DNA from: Zymomonas mobilis subsp. mobilis ATCC 10988
GTDB lineage: Bacteria > Pseudomonadota > Alphaproteobacteria > Sphingomonadales > Sphingomonadaceae
Assembly (NCBI RefSeq): GCF_000175255.2
Contig: NC_017262.1
Span: 540,001-572,000 of the forward strand
DNA length: 32,000 bases
Direction: 5' to 3'
Of this stretch, positions 18,572-27,942 are shown piece after piece. Positions within the stretch are counted from its first letter, which is position 1, and every line of letters begins with the position of its first letter. The position numbers were made by a program, and so were the translations under genes. The notes beneath the pieces were generated by a model. It searched no databases. It was not told the origin of the DNA and saw nothing but the letters and a program-made list of their open reading frames with translations.

Positions 18572-19305
18572 ATCGCTATCGCCTTACCGTCGAATTTGAC
18601 GGCCGGAACTTCATGGGCTGGCAACGTCAAAAACATGGGGCAACCATCCAAGGCTCTATCGAAGAAGCGGGCGCCTCCATCGCTGGACAACCTACCCCCG
18701 TTCAGGCCGCAGGCCGGACGGATGCCGGTGTTCATGGTTTGGCGATGACCGCCCATATTGACGTTGCCCGTGATTTTACTCCCTTTCGGCTAATGGAGGC
18801 TTTAAACGCCCGTTTAAAACCGCGCCCGATTGCTATTCTTTCTTGTGAACAGGTCGATCCTGAATGGCATGCACGTTTCTCCTGTATTGGTCGCCGCTAT
18901 CTTTACCGGATTATCAATCGTCGACCGCCTCTAACCTTGGAAGCCGGACGGGCTTGGCATGTGATAAAGCCGCTGGATGCCGAAACGATGGATATCGCCG
19001 CGAAAAGGCTTATCGGCCTTCATGATTTTACAACTTTCCGCTCGGTGCATTGTCAGTCAAAAAGTCCGGTTAAAACCCTCGATCACCTTGATGTCAGACG
19101 CATAGGCGACCAGATCGAAATCACCGCCGCTGCGCGTTCTTTTTTGCATCATCAAGTGCGCTCAATGGTTGGCTGTCTTGTTTTGGTCGGCCAAGGTCAA
19201 TGGACAGCCGATGATATGACCACTGCTTTAGAAGCGCGCAATCGTGCCGCCCTTGGCTTTAATGCGCCACCGGATGGCCTGTATTTTACGCAAGCCATTT
19301 ATTGA
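18568..19305 (+). CDS. truA: tRNA pseudouridine(38-40) synthase
   Basis: 245 aa with the catalytic-Asp motif [15 protein letters not shown] overlap with the fmt stop. Confidence 0.93.
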   Translation: MNRYRLTVEFDGRNFMGWQRQKHGATIQGSIEEAGASIAGQPTPVQAAGRTDAGVHGLAMTAHIDVARDFTPFRLMEALNARLKPRPIAILSCEQVDPEWHARFSCIGRRYLYRIINRRPPLTLEAGRAWHVIKPLDAETMDIAAKRLIGLHDFTTFRSVHCQSKSPVKTLDHLDVRRIGDQIEITAAARSFLHHQVRSMVGCLVLVGQGQWTADDMTTALEARNRAALGFNAPPDGLYFTQAIY

Positions 19306-19319
19306 CTATAAGAAGCCCC

Positions 19320-19661
19320 ATGACAGAGACCACGCAAAACGAAGACTTACCCTATACCCCCGTTGAAGATGGCATCCGTCTGGCACTTCGGGTAACCGCC
19401 CGTGCCAGTAAAACCGGCATCACTATGTTCGATAAAGATACCGCTGGGCGGGGACTGTTCCGTATCCGTGTTGCAGCACCTCCGGTTGAGGGGGCTTCCA
19501 ATAAAAATCTGATGGCGTATCTCTCGAAAAGTTTTTCTGTCCCAAAAGGCGCAGTCAGGATAGAATCCGGCGAACATTCCAAAATCAAAATTTTACATAT
19601 TGCGGGGGATGTCAAACGGCTGACAGAAATTGCAGAAGATTTCATCAAAAAGGTCAGCTAA
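19320..19661 (+). CDS. DUF167 / YggU-family (UPF0235) protein
   Basis: Family-typical core RIRVAAPPVEGASNKNLMAYLSKSFSVPKGAVRIESGEHSKIK. I prefer the ATG at 19320 over the TTG at 19302 used by the ORF track. Confidence 0.78.
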   Translation: MTETTQNEDLPYTPVEDGIRLALRVTARASKTGITMFDKDTAGRGLFRIRVAAPPVEGASNKNLMAYLSKSFSVPKGAVRIESGEHSKIKILHIAGDVKRLTEIAEDFIKKVS

Positions 19662-19739
19662 TCCTAGCTATGACCTTCTGAAAAATGTCTTCTCTCAATA
19701 TGAGTAACGCCTCATAAGCCTTGAAAGACTAACAAAAAT

Positions 19740-19776
19740 CGTCCCTTTTTTGTAACAGAATGGGACGGTTTTTATA
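19740..19776 (+). terminator. probable terminator after the fmt-truA-DUF167 unit
   Basis: CGTCCC (19740-19745) pairs with GGGACG (19762-19767), with further A:T pairs inside, followed by GTTTTTATATTT. The loop is large, so this is only moderately convincing. Confidence 0.45.
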
Positions 19777-19905
19777 TTTCAGGCCAGATACTCCGCTATT
19801 CAATGCAGCATTCCAAACGGAATATTGATATAGGCGCAGGCCATCAAGCAGGCTTTAGAAAATCCCTCGCCAAGCAAACGGCAATAATTTACTGGCTATC
19901 CATAG

Positions 19906-21237
19906 ATGATAAAGAAACTCCCCACCTCTCCGAAAATCGGCATGGTCTCTTTGGGCTGTCCAAAAGCCTTGGTCGATAGCGAACGCATCCTGACAAAACT
20001 CCGTTCAGAAGGCTATAATCTCTCGTCACAATATGACGAAGCCGATGTTGTCTTGGTGAACACCTGCGGCTTTATTGATTCCGCCAAGGAAGAAAGCCTT
20101 GATGCCATTGGTGAAGCCATGGCCGAAAATGGTCGGGTTATTGTTACCGGCTGCCTTGGCAATGAAGCCGACCGCATTCGGGAACGTTTCCCTGACATTC
20201 TGGCGATCACAGGTGCGCAACAATATGAAGAGGTCGTCTCGGCTGTCCATGACGCTGCCCCGATCGAAGCCTCACCCTATGTCGATTTGGTGCCGGAACA
20301 AGGCTTAAAACTCACACCGCGCCATTACAGCTATCTGAAAATCTCCGAAGGCTGTAATCATCGTTGCAGCTTCTGCATCATTCCTTCACTTCGGGGCGAT
20401 CTGGTCTCTCGCCGTGCTGATGCCATTCTACGCGAAGCCGAAAAACTGGTTGCGGCAGGCACCAAAGAATTGCTGGTGATTGGGCAAGATAGCTCCGCTT
20501 ATGGCGTTGATCTTCGTCATCAGGAATATCGTTGGAAAGACCGGATGGTAAAGGCCGATCTGACCGACCTCGTACGTGGATTGGGTGAATTGGGCGCATG
20601 GGTCAGACTGCATTATGTCTATCCCTACCCCCATGTCGATACTCTTATCCCGTTAATGGCGGAGGGTTTAATCCTGCCTTATCTGGACATCCCCTTCCAA
20701 CATGCGTCTCCTTCTGTCCTAAAGCGGATGAAACGCCCCGCCAATGAAGTCAAAATACTGGATCGCCTTACAAAATGGCGTGAAATCGTGCCGGATATTG
20801 CCCTCCGTTCCAGCTTCGTGGTCGGCTTTCCCGGTGAAACAGAACAAGATTTCCAATATCTGTTAGATTGGCTGGACGAAGCCCAGCTTGACCGCGTCGG
20901 AGCTTTCCGTTTCGAAGCGGTAGAAGGTGCCGCCGCTAATGCTTTCGACGGCGCTGTTCCCGAAGAAGTCAAAAATGAACGTTATCAAAGGCTGATGGAA
21001 AAAGCCGCCCAAATTTCGGAAGCTAAATTGCAAGCCAAAATTGGCCGCGACATTGCGACCATTATCGACCGCACCGACGGTGAAGGCGGGGCTTCAGGTC
21101 GCAGCTATGCGGATGCACCTGAAATTGATGGCGAAGTTCATCTTCGCGATGCTGATGATCTAAAAATCGGTGACATCGTGACTATTCGGGTAGAAGATGC
21201 CGATGAACATGATCTTTTTGGGGTCGCGCTCTCCTAA
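19906..21237 (+). CDS. rimO: ribosomal protein S12 methylthiotransferase
   Basis: 443 aa with the UPF0004 N-domain ([13 protein letters not shown]), the radical-SAM cluster CNHRCSFC, and a C-terminal TRAM-like domain. Confidence 0.93.
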   Translation: MIKKLPTSPKIGMVSLGCPKALVDSERILTKLRSEGYNLSSQYDEADVVLVNTCGFIDSAKEESLDAIGEAMAENGRVIVTGCLGNEADRIRERFPDILAITGAQQYEEVVSAVHDAAPIEASPYVDLVPEQGLKLTPRHYSYLKISEGCNHRCSFCIIPSLRGDLVSRRADAILREAEKLVAAGTKELLVIGQDSSAYGVDLRHQEYRWKDRMVKADLTDLVRGLGELGAWVRLHYVYPYPHVDTLIPLMAEGLILPYLDIPFQHASPSVLKRMKRPANEVKILDRLTKWREIVPDIALRSSFVVGFPGETEQDFQYLLDWLDEAQLDRVGAFRFEAVEGAAANAFDGAVPEEVKNERYQRLMEKAAQISEAKLQAKIGRDIATIIDRTDGEGGASGRSYADAPEIDGEVHLRDADDLKIGDIVTIRVEDADEHDLFGVALS

Positions 21238-21243
21238 AATATA

Positions 21244-21279
21244 AAGGGATAAAAACAACCATATCCCTTTTGTATTTTT
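21244..21279 (+). terminator. rho-independent terminator after rimO
   Basis: AAGGGATA (21244-21251) pairs with TATCCCTT (21262-21269), with a 10-nt loop, followed by TTGTATTTTT. Confidence 0.6.
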
Positions 21280-21325
21280 GACAAAAATCCGGCTATAAAC
21301 CTTGGAATAAAAACCGGATTTCAGA

Positions 21326-21363
21326 ACAGTTTCAATAATCACCAGCTTGGTTATTGAAACTGT
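21326..21363. promoter_or_regulatory. perfect 13-bp inverted repeat (12-nt spacer) immediately upstream of the M17 peptidase RBS
   Basis: ACAGTTTCAATAA (21326-21338) and TTATTGAAACTGT (21351-21363) are exact reverse complements. The AAGGAG Shine-Dalgarno starts at 21367 and the ATG is at 21381. Confidence 0.5.
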
Positions 21364-21380
21364 CTAAAGGAGCGTAAAAA

Positions 21381-22775
21381 ATGCGTCTGTTCAAATCTTT
21401 ACTGGCAGTCGACAAAGGCCAACCGGCACAAGAAATTATACCGGTTACGTCTGACGAATTCGAAACATTATTAGCCAAAAATAATGCCGATTTTGCACTG
21501 GCTGCCCAATTGGCGCATTTTTCCGGCCAAGCCGGTGAAAGCCTGCTTTTACCCGCCAATGATAAACAACCCGCACAAATTTTAGTCGGGGTCAGCGAAG
21601 AAAATTCAATCTGGGATTTAGCCAAATTGGCGAGCCTCCTACCAGAAGGCAGCTATCGCTTGCGCTCCGGCAATATTGAAAAACTGGCTTTTGGCTGGTT
21701 GTTGGCACAACATTATTTTGATCGTTACCGTTCCGATCATCCTGCGCGCGCTTCCCGTATTTTATTAGTCGATAGCGATCAAAGCGCCATTGACGACATT
21801 GTCGCCCAAGCCGAAGCCACCGCTTTAGTGCGTGATCTGGTCGATACGCCCGCTTGTGATTGCGGGCCCGCCGAATTGCAAAAGGCGGTCGAAGAAATCG
21901 CCACTATTTTTCAGGCGATCGTGACCACCACCCATGGGAAAGAATTGGATAGTAATTATCCGATGGTTACCGCCGTCGGACGGGCAGCCGCTCCTCACCG
22001 AGCGCCACGGCTGATCGAATTACAATGGGGTCGTCCTGAACATCCCAGAATAGCGATTGTCGGGAAAGGTGTCTGCTTTGACTCTGGTGGGTTAGATATC
22101 AAGCCCTCTTCTTCAATGCTTCTGATGAAAAAAGATATGGGCGGTGCGGCTCATGCCTTGGCATTATCCTATCTGATTATGGCGATGAAATTGCCTGTCC
22201 GATTGCATCTGGTCATTCCTGCGGTTGAAAATGCCGTTTCCGGTGATGCGATGCGACCGGGGGACATCCTGACCAGTCGGAAAGGCACAACCGTTGAAAT
22301 CGGTAATACCGATGCCGAAGGCCGTCTGGTATTGGCGGATGCCCTGACCAAAGCCAGCGAACCTAATCCCGAATTGATTATTGATTTTGCCACTCTGACG
22401 GGGGCAGCTCGCGTTGCCCTAGGCACGGATTTACCCGCTCTTTTCGCCAATGATGATGAACTCGCGCATCAACTCGCCGAATCCGGCAACAAAGTTCAAG
22501 ATCCCTTATGGAGACTGCCTTTATGGTCGGATTATCTAACGCTTTTGAAATCCTCGATCGCTGATATCAATAATGCGGGTAGCGGCGGCATGGCCGGCGC
22601 GATTACGGCAGCATTATTCTTACAGGAATTTGTTGGCGATTCCCTTAAATGGGCGCATTTTGATACTTTCGCATGGCAAGCAACGGCCAAAGCAGGCCGT
22701 CCAAAAGGGGGCGCCGCCTATGGTTTACGGGCGGCATGGCATATGCTGAAAAGCCGTTACATCCAAAATGGCTAA
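21381..22775 (+). CDS. M17-family leucyl aminopeptidase-like protein
   Basis: 464 aa with the catalytic-domain motifs VGKGVCFDSGGLDIKP and NTDAEGRLVLADAL. The N-terminal domain is not obviously PepA-like. Good SD (AAGGAG, 8-nt spacing). Confidence 0.9.
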   Translation: MRLFKSLLAVDKGQPAQEIIPVTSDEFETLLAKNNADFALAAQLAHFSGQAGESLLLPANDKQPAQILVGVSEENSIWDLAKLASLLPEGSYRLRSGNIEKLAFGWLLAQHYFDRYRSDHPARASRILLVDSDQSAIDDIVAQAEATALVRDLVDTPACDCGPAELQKAVEEIATIFQAIVTTTHGKELDSNYPMVTAVGRAAAPHRAPRLIELQWGRPEHPRIAIVGKGVCFDSGGLDIKPSSSMLLMKKDMGGAAHALALSYLIMAMKLPVRLHLVIPAVENAVSGDAMRPGDILTSRKGTTVEIGNTDAEGRLVLADALTKASEPNPELIIDFATLTGAARVALGTDLPALFANDDELAHQLAESGNKVQDPLWRLPLWSDYLTLLKSSIADINNAGSGGMAGAITAALFLQEFVGDSLKWAHFDTFAWQATAKAGRPKGGAAYGLRAAWHMLKSRYIQNG

Positions 22776-22858
22776 ATTATTCAGTATCAGGATAATCCCT
22801 GATTAAGTTATCCCATCCTATCAGGGGACAATATTTCTATAATGAAGGATGAGGGAAG

Positions 22859-23761
22859 ATGCCTAAAGTTGAACAGAAAATACCCGCTTTTTGTCTTACA
22901 CAGAAATCATCTTCTCTCGATCCCAGAATCTATGCCTTTAAAGACGGCTTAGCCGATATTGCCTTAGCAGGCCGTCTTTTCTCTTCGCATTATGTCAAAC
23001 CCATAACCCGCTTCTGCGGGGCAGCGGCTTGTCTGATGCGGAAACAGCCTTCAGAAGACAGCCCATCGGTCAGCCAAATTTTACCGGGCGAGGCTTTTGC
23101 CGTTCTCGAAATATCCGATAACTGGGTATGGGGATACAGTCTTGCTGACCATTATGTCGGCTATTTACCTTTACAAGCCTTATCACCTCATGCGCCTTTA
23201 CCAGACAAAGCTTTTTATAGCGTCACGGCAATGCAAGGCATCGTTTTTTCCAAGGCTGACATAAAATCACAGCCGCGCCATTTTTGGTCTTTAGGCAGCC
23301 GCTTCCAAGGCGAGGAGGAAGGCAATTTCATTAAAAGCCCCTTTGGCTATATTCATAAACGCCATTGTTGCCTTTTAAATAACTTGGGAAAAACAAACAG
23401 CGATCCGGTCTCTTTTGCCGAAAAGATGATTGGCCTTCCCTATCTTTGGGGTGGACGCGGCGCAGGCGGGATAGACTGCTCGGGCCTTGTCCAGCTTAGC
23501 CTTCAGGTGACCGGACAGAAAGCCCCTCGCGATAGCGATATGCAACGCAGCCAATTAGGCCATGAAATCGCGCCTGATGCTTCGCTTTTACGAGGGGACT
23601 ATATCTTTTTCGCGGGGCATGTCGGTATAATGGCCGATGAAAAAACACTGCTTCACGCCAATGCCTTTTCCATGAGCGTAACGCTTGAAGCTTTGTCAGA
23701 TGTTGTTACACGCTTATCCAAAACAAACCCCTCGCCTATTCTGGCACGGCGGAGATTATAA
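22859..23761 (+). CDS. SH3b-NlpC/P60 (C40) cysteine peptidase, probably a gamma-D-glutamyl-diamino-acid endopeptidase type
   Basis: 300 aa. The C-terminal NlpC/P60 core carries GLPYLWGGRGAGGIDCSGLV (catalytic Cys), GHVGIM (His) and LLHANA. The N-terminal ~170 aa look like SH3b-type domains. I see no signal peptide or lipobox. Confidence 0.82.
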   Translation: MPKVEQKIPAFCLTQKSSSLDPRIYAFKDGLADIALAGRLFSSHYVKPITRFCGAAACLMRKQPSEDSPSVSQILPGEAFAVLEISDNWVWGYSLADHYVGYLPLQALSPHAPLPDKAFYSVTAMQGIVFSKADIKSQPRHFWSLGSRFQGEEEGNFIKSPFGYIHKRHCCLLNNLGKTNSDPVSFAEKMIGLPYLWGGRGAGGIDCSGLVQLSLQVTGQKAPRDSDMQRSQLGHEIAPDASLLRGDYIFFAGHVGIMADEKTLLHANAFSMSVTLEALSDVVTRLSKTNPSPILARRRL

Positions 23762-23763
23762 TT

Positions 23764-24702
23764 ATGACGGCTCTTTTTATTGATGGTGGCGCAGGCACGA
23801 CCGGCCTTGAAATTCGTGAAAGATTGGCTAATCGGCCTGAATTTTCGATTATCACTCTAAGTGAAGAAGATCGCAAAGACAGAAAAGCCCGTGAAGAGGC
23901 TTTAAATCAGGCAGATATCGTTATCTTATGCCTGCCAGATGATGCCGCAAAAGAAGCGGTTTCTATGGTTAAAAATCCCAAAACACGGATTGTTGATGCC
24001 TCAACCGCGCATCGGACAGCCAAAGATTGGGTCTATGGCCTCCCTGAATTAACAAAAGGTCAGAAAGAACGCATCCAATCTGCCCGTTTTGTCGCTAATC
24101 CTGGCTGTTATCCCAGCGGCTTTTTATCACTGGTTCGACCGCTGACGGAAACGGCCCTTATTTCGGATCAACAATTGCTGACTGTCCATGCGGTTTCAGG
24201 TTATTCCGGCGGTGGCCGTAAAATGATCGAAGCCTATGAATCCGGCACAAAACCGTCTGCATTCAAAGGCTATGGCCTTTCTCTTAAGCATAAACATATT
24301 CCCGAAATGCAGCATCATGCAGGACTGACAATGCCGCCGATTTTCTCTCCGGCAGTCTCTCCTTGCTATCGCGGCATGTTGGTGCATGTACCCCTATCAG
24401 CGGGTCTTTTTTCTCAAAAGGTCACGCTGGAAGACATTCATCATATTCTAGCCGCACATCATCAGGATTCCGCCACTATTCGGGTTAAACCCCTGTCAGA
24501 GTCACAGGATATGACTCAAATCGAAATCGAGCATTGCGCCAATAGTGACCGGATGGAATTATTCGTTTTCGGGAACGAAAGCACTGGCCAAATTCTATTG
24601 GTTGCCGCCCTTGATAATCTGGGGAAAGGCGCTGCCGGTGCCGCGGTGCAAAATATCAACCTGATGTCAGGCTGTCCTGAAACCAGAGGTTTAAGATTAT
24701 AA
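23764..24702 (+). CDS. argC: N-acetyl-gamma-glutamyl-phosphate reductase (short, type-2 ArgC)
   Basis: 312 aa with the N-terminal NAD-binding region and the catalytic-Cys motif ANPGCYPSG. It starts 2 nt after the NlpC/P60 stop, with GGAG 9 nt upstream. Confidence 0.92.
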   Translation: MTALFIDGGAGTTGLEIRERLANRPEFSIITLSEEDRKDRKAREEALNQADIVILCLPDDAAKEAVSMVKNPKTRIVDASTAHRTAKDWVYGLPELTKGQKERIQSARFVANPGCYPSGFLSLVRPLTETALISDQQLLTVHAVSGYSGGGRKMIEAYESGTKPSAFKGYGLSLKHKHIPEMQHHAGLTMPPIFSPAVSPCYRGMLVHVPLSAGLFSQKVTLEDIHHILAAHHQDSATIRVKPLSESQDMTQIEIEHCANSDRMELFVFGNESTGQILLVAALDNLGKGAAGAAVQNINLMSGCPETRGLRL

Positions 24703-24758
24703 AACCCTCCCCAAGACCTCTTTAAAGATTGGGTCTTGTAATAGCCTGTCACAAGCAT

Positions 24759-24784
24759 AAAACCGCCTCGAAACAGGCGGTTTT
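24759..24784 (+). terminator. rho-independent terminator after argC
   Basis: AAAACCGCCT-cgaaac-AGGCGGTTTT: a GC-rich 6-bp core extendable to 10 bp by A:T pairs. Confidence 0.6.
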
Positions 24785-24834
24785 GCTTGTAAGGTCGCTC
24801 ATAAACCGCTTGCACCTGCTAGGATAATAGTCCT

Positions 24835-26469
24835 GTGTTGCTAAAAAAGAGTCCTGTCTTGAACGATTTTCTGAAAATAACGGCTGTTGCCGCCCTTTCC
24901 GTTATCGGTGCCAGCTCGGCTTCTGCCGATATTGTCAGTGATCGCTTCTCGGCGGTTACCGCGGCCGAACAGGCTTTCCGGCAACAACCCGATAATTCAG
25001 ATATCCAGTTCAAACTGGGGCGCGCTTATCTGATGGCCGGACGTTATCTTTCGGCTTGGCAATGCCTGAACAAGCTGGTCTTGCGCGATCCTTATAATGA
25101 AAAAGCCCGCCTTTATATGGGTCTTGCGGCGATCGGCAATAATAACAAAACAGCCGCCCAAAGTATTCTATCACCGATCACAAAGGTGTCTCCTGTTGAT
25201 CTTGGTCTGGCACTGACTTTGGCCGGACAACCAACAGAAGCGATCAAAAGGATGGAACCGCTTCTTTCAACGCCTTCCAATTCAGCTAGACTTCGACAGA
25301 ATCTAGCCTTTGCTTATGCGATGGCAGAACGCTGGAATGATGCCTCAAAAATGGCAGGTCAGGATTTATCTGCCGATCAGGTCAATGCCCGCTTGTCCCA
25401 ATGGAGCCGCGTTATCCGAGAAAAGAACGGTGCCGTTCAACTTCAGGCCTTTATCGGCGTGCCTCCTGCCAAGGATTATGGCTTTCTTTCTTCTACACCT
25501 GCCTCCAGTCCGGTAGTTCAAACGACTTCCCCTGTTATACCCCCAAAAACAGACAGCTCCGCACCCCGCCCGACAGTTAGCCCCGCTATAATGTCAGCAT
25601 CTTCCTCGGCTCCGGTTACGCCTTCAATCTCACAACCAACCAAAACAGCGGCCATAGCAAACCCGATCCCTGTTCCTGCAAAGCCTGCGACACCTGCCCC
25701 AACCGCTCTTTCTAACGATCAAAATGGGCAGCATATAGCTACAGCGACATCCGCAACAACGGCACCGGCGACACGGCCAGCGGCAACATTGACGGCGGCG
25801 ACCAATCCCAATGCGCCTTCAACCATTACCGAGATAGAGTTACCCTCGGCTAACAGCACGCAACCTGCCCCCAGAGCGTCCAGTAATCCAACTATCTCCG
25901 ATAGCGATCGCATCAGTGACAATGCCCCAAAAACGCCTACGGTAACCGTCAAAGAGAAAATTGCTCCCCAACAGACAGCTCCAAGCCCCAAGAAAAGCCT
26001 CAATCTACCGATCAAAGAAATTCTGGCAGAAAATAAATCAACCAAAGCTACAGCGACAACAGCACCCAACAGTCCCGAGAAAAAAGAAAGCCTGCCTCAA
26101 AACACAGCAGCCCTGAAAGCGGACTCAAAAAAGGAAGACAAGGATTGCTCTTCTGCGACTTGTCATAATGTGACCTATCCGGCCATTCAGCTAGCCACCC
26201 ATAAATTGCCGATTACTCCAGCGGCAACAGAACAAAGCCATAAGATATTACAGAGCATACAGGCGAAATTACCCAACGCAGCAAAATATAAAATCATCAC
26301 CTATAGCGAAACAGGCAGTCCGGTCTATCGCCTCCTCCTGACTGGATTTGCGTCTGCCAAAGAGGCTCAGGAAAGCTGTAATAGCCTGATGAAAAAAGAG
26401 ATTGCCTGTATGGCTTCCAGCTATAAAGAATCGGTTCCGACAACCAAATCCGTCAAAAAAACAAAATAG
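24835..26469 (+). CDS. exported TPR-repeat protein with a long Pro/Thr/Ala/Ser-rich linker and a C-terminal SPOR (septal peptidoglycan-binding) domain
   Basis: 544 aa, GTG start with AGGA 10 nt upstream. Signal-like N-terminus ITAVAALSVIGASSASA. TPR-like helices span residues ~45-200. A low-complexity PTAS region spans ~225-440. A SPOR-like C-terminus follows (YPAIQLATH...VYRLLLTGFASAKEAQESCNSLMKKEIACM). Confidence 0.8.
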   Translation: MLLKKSPVLNDFLKITAVAALSVIGASSASADIVSDRFSAVTAAEQAFRQQPDNSDIQFKLGRAYLMAGRYLSAWQCLNKLVLRDPYNEKARLYMGLAAIGNNNKTAAQSILSPITKVSPVDLGLALTLAGQPTEAIKRMEPLLSTPSNSARLRQNLAFAYAMAERWNDASKMAGQDLSADQVNARLSQWSRVIREKNGAVQLQAFIGVPPAKDYGFLSSTPASSPVVQTTSPVIPPKTDSSAPRPTVSPAIMSASSSAPVTPSISQPTKTAAIANPIPVPAKPATPAPTALSNDQNGQHIATATSATTAPATRPAATLTAATNPNAPSTITEIELPSANSTQPAPRASSNPTISDSDRISDNAPKTPTVTVKEKIAPQQTAPSPKKSLNLPIKEILAENKSTKATATTAPNSPEKKESLPQNTAALKADSKKEDKDCSSATCHNVTYPAIQLATHKLPITPAATEQSHKILQSIQAKLPNAAKYKIITYSETGSPVYRLLLTGFASAKEAQESCNSLMKKEIACMASSYKESVPTTKSVKKTK

Positions 26470-26790
26470 CCCTTCAATCTCGATAAAAGGCATTTTCTAA
26501 ACAGGCGCGCATAGGCGGGACTGAATAAAGACGCTTGCCTGAATAGAATGGCTCTAGGACTGCCGTTTTTTCAAAACCAATTACCGAAAAATCCAGATGG
26601 CTTTATTGCCCCAAAGGCTTTCCGATCCGTCCACCCAAGGCCGCCTGATGGCCTTGAAAAATGGCTCTTCTTAGAAGACCTTTTTACTATTCCAAAAACT
26701 CATCTTTTTAATAAATACTTATTATTTCAAAGTATATCTTATTGATTATTCAGATCAATAAAGAAAAAAATAATTAAAAATACGTTATGT

Positions 26791-26819
26791 TTGTCAAAAA
26801 TTATGCCTTGTCATATAAA
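26791..26819 (+). promoter_or_regulatory. sigma-70-like promoter candidate for the exporter operon
   Basis: TTGTCA (26791-26796), a 17-nt spacer, then TATAAA (26814-26819), about 70 nt upstream of the HlyD-family start. Hexamers like these arise easily by chance in AT-rich DNA. Confidence 0.3.
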
Positions 26820-26891
26820 TTATCAATGATACTCCGTAGTATATATTTGTTTATTTCTTATTTAACATAATACACATAAAAGTTTTGCGAA

Positions 26892-27938
26892 ATGACTGAC
26901 CAGACAAAAGACGCCTCCCAAACACAGCCTTCCTCGGGGCAAATTCCTCCGCGTAAGTCTGGTAAATTATGGCTCATTATCGGCTGTATCCTTGTGATAT
27001 GTGCTGGTTTTGGCGGTTTCCGCTTGTGGCATTATTTTGAACATAAAAATGATTTGCCCCCCCATATAGAAGGCAGCAATGGCCGTCTGGAAATGACTCG
27101 CTTTGATGTCGCGGCCAAATATGCTGGACGGATTACCGATTTGTCTTTCCATGAAGGCGATGTCGTTCAGACGGGGCAAATCCTTGCCCATCAGGACGAT
27201 TCCGAACTTCGCGCCCAACGGGATGCGGCACAGGCCAATTTTGAACAGGCACAGGAATCGCTTCGCCGTGCTGAAGCCGAACAGGCGGCGGCTCATGCCT
27301 CAACCGGATTGGCGGCACAACAACTGATGCACACAAAACAAATGGTAGCACAGTCGTTGGTCTCGGATATGGAATTGCAGAACAGCCAAACTGCTTATAC
27401 CACGCGCAAGCTCTCCGAAGAGGCCAGCCAACATAATGTGGCCGCTGCCAAAGAAGCCGTGAAAGCAGCCTCGGCACAAATAGCCCGTTTGGATGCCAAT
27501 TTAGCAGAAATGACGATTCGAGCGCCTACCAGTGGACAAATAGAATATCGCATTGCGGAAAAAGGCTCGGTGCTTGGTCAGGGTGGTCGTTTGGCTTCTT
27601 TACTCGATCCGTCTGATATTTATCTGACTGTCTTTTTTGAATCTGCGGTTGCCGGAAAATTGCATGTCGGCGATGAAGCTCGCATCAAATTAGATGCGAT
27701 GAATGATCGCCTTGTTCCGGCACAGATTTCTTTTGTCTCACCGGAAGCCCAATTTACGCCCAAATTTGTCGAGACAAAAACCGAGCGGGAAAAATTGGTC
27801 TATCGGGTCAAACTCCGCATTATGCCGGATACGGTTCATCGCCTCGGCGGTGTATTGAAAGCGGGTATGACCGGAATCGGCTATGTTCGGACAGAGCCTT
27901 CGGCACAATGGCCAAGCCTCAAGTCGGATCGGGGATGA
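26892..27938 (+). CDS. HlyD-family periplasmic adaptor (membrane fusion protein), YhiI-like
   Basis: 348 aa with an N-terminal TM (LWLIIGCILVICAGFGGF), a long Ala/Gln/Glu coiled-coil hairpin, and a C-terminal beta-barrel region. It is the first gene of the exporter cluster. Confidence 0.88.
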   Translation: MTDQTKDASQTQPSSGQIPPRKSGKLWLIIGCILVICAGFGGFRLWHYFEHKNDLPPHIEGSNGRLEMTRFDVAAKYAGRITDLSFHEGDVVQTGQILAHQDDSELRAQRDAAQANFEQAQESLRRAEAEQAAAHASTGLAAQQLMHTKQMVAQSLVSDMELQNSQTAYTTRKLSEEASQHNVAAAKEAVKAASAQIARLDANLAEMTIRAPTSGQIEYRIAEKGSVLGQGGRLASLLDPSDIYLTVFFESAVAGKLHVGDEARIKLDAMNDRLVPAQISFVSPEAQFTPKFVETKTEREKLVYRVKLRIMPDTVHRLGGVLKAGMTGIGYVRTEPSAQWPSLKSDRG

Positions 27939-27942
27939 TACA

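Noticed and set aside
25719-26069. 116-aa antisense ORF inside the TPR-SPOR gene
   Set aside because: It is a shadow ORF generated by the Pro/Thr/Ala-rich low-complexity coding repeat on the opposite strand. The same applies to the other antisense ORFs in the track (for example 208-489, 2348-2746, 4424-4795, 20679-20972, 27133-27477).
26548-26745. 65-aa plus-strand ORF in the gap between the SPOR-protein gene and the exporter operon
   Set aside because: It has no Shine-Dalgarno and no recognisable motif, and its 3' half is AT-rich filler. It is more likely non-coding promoter or leader DNA.
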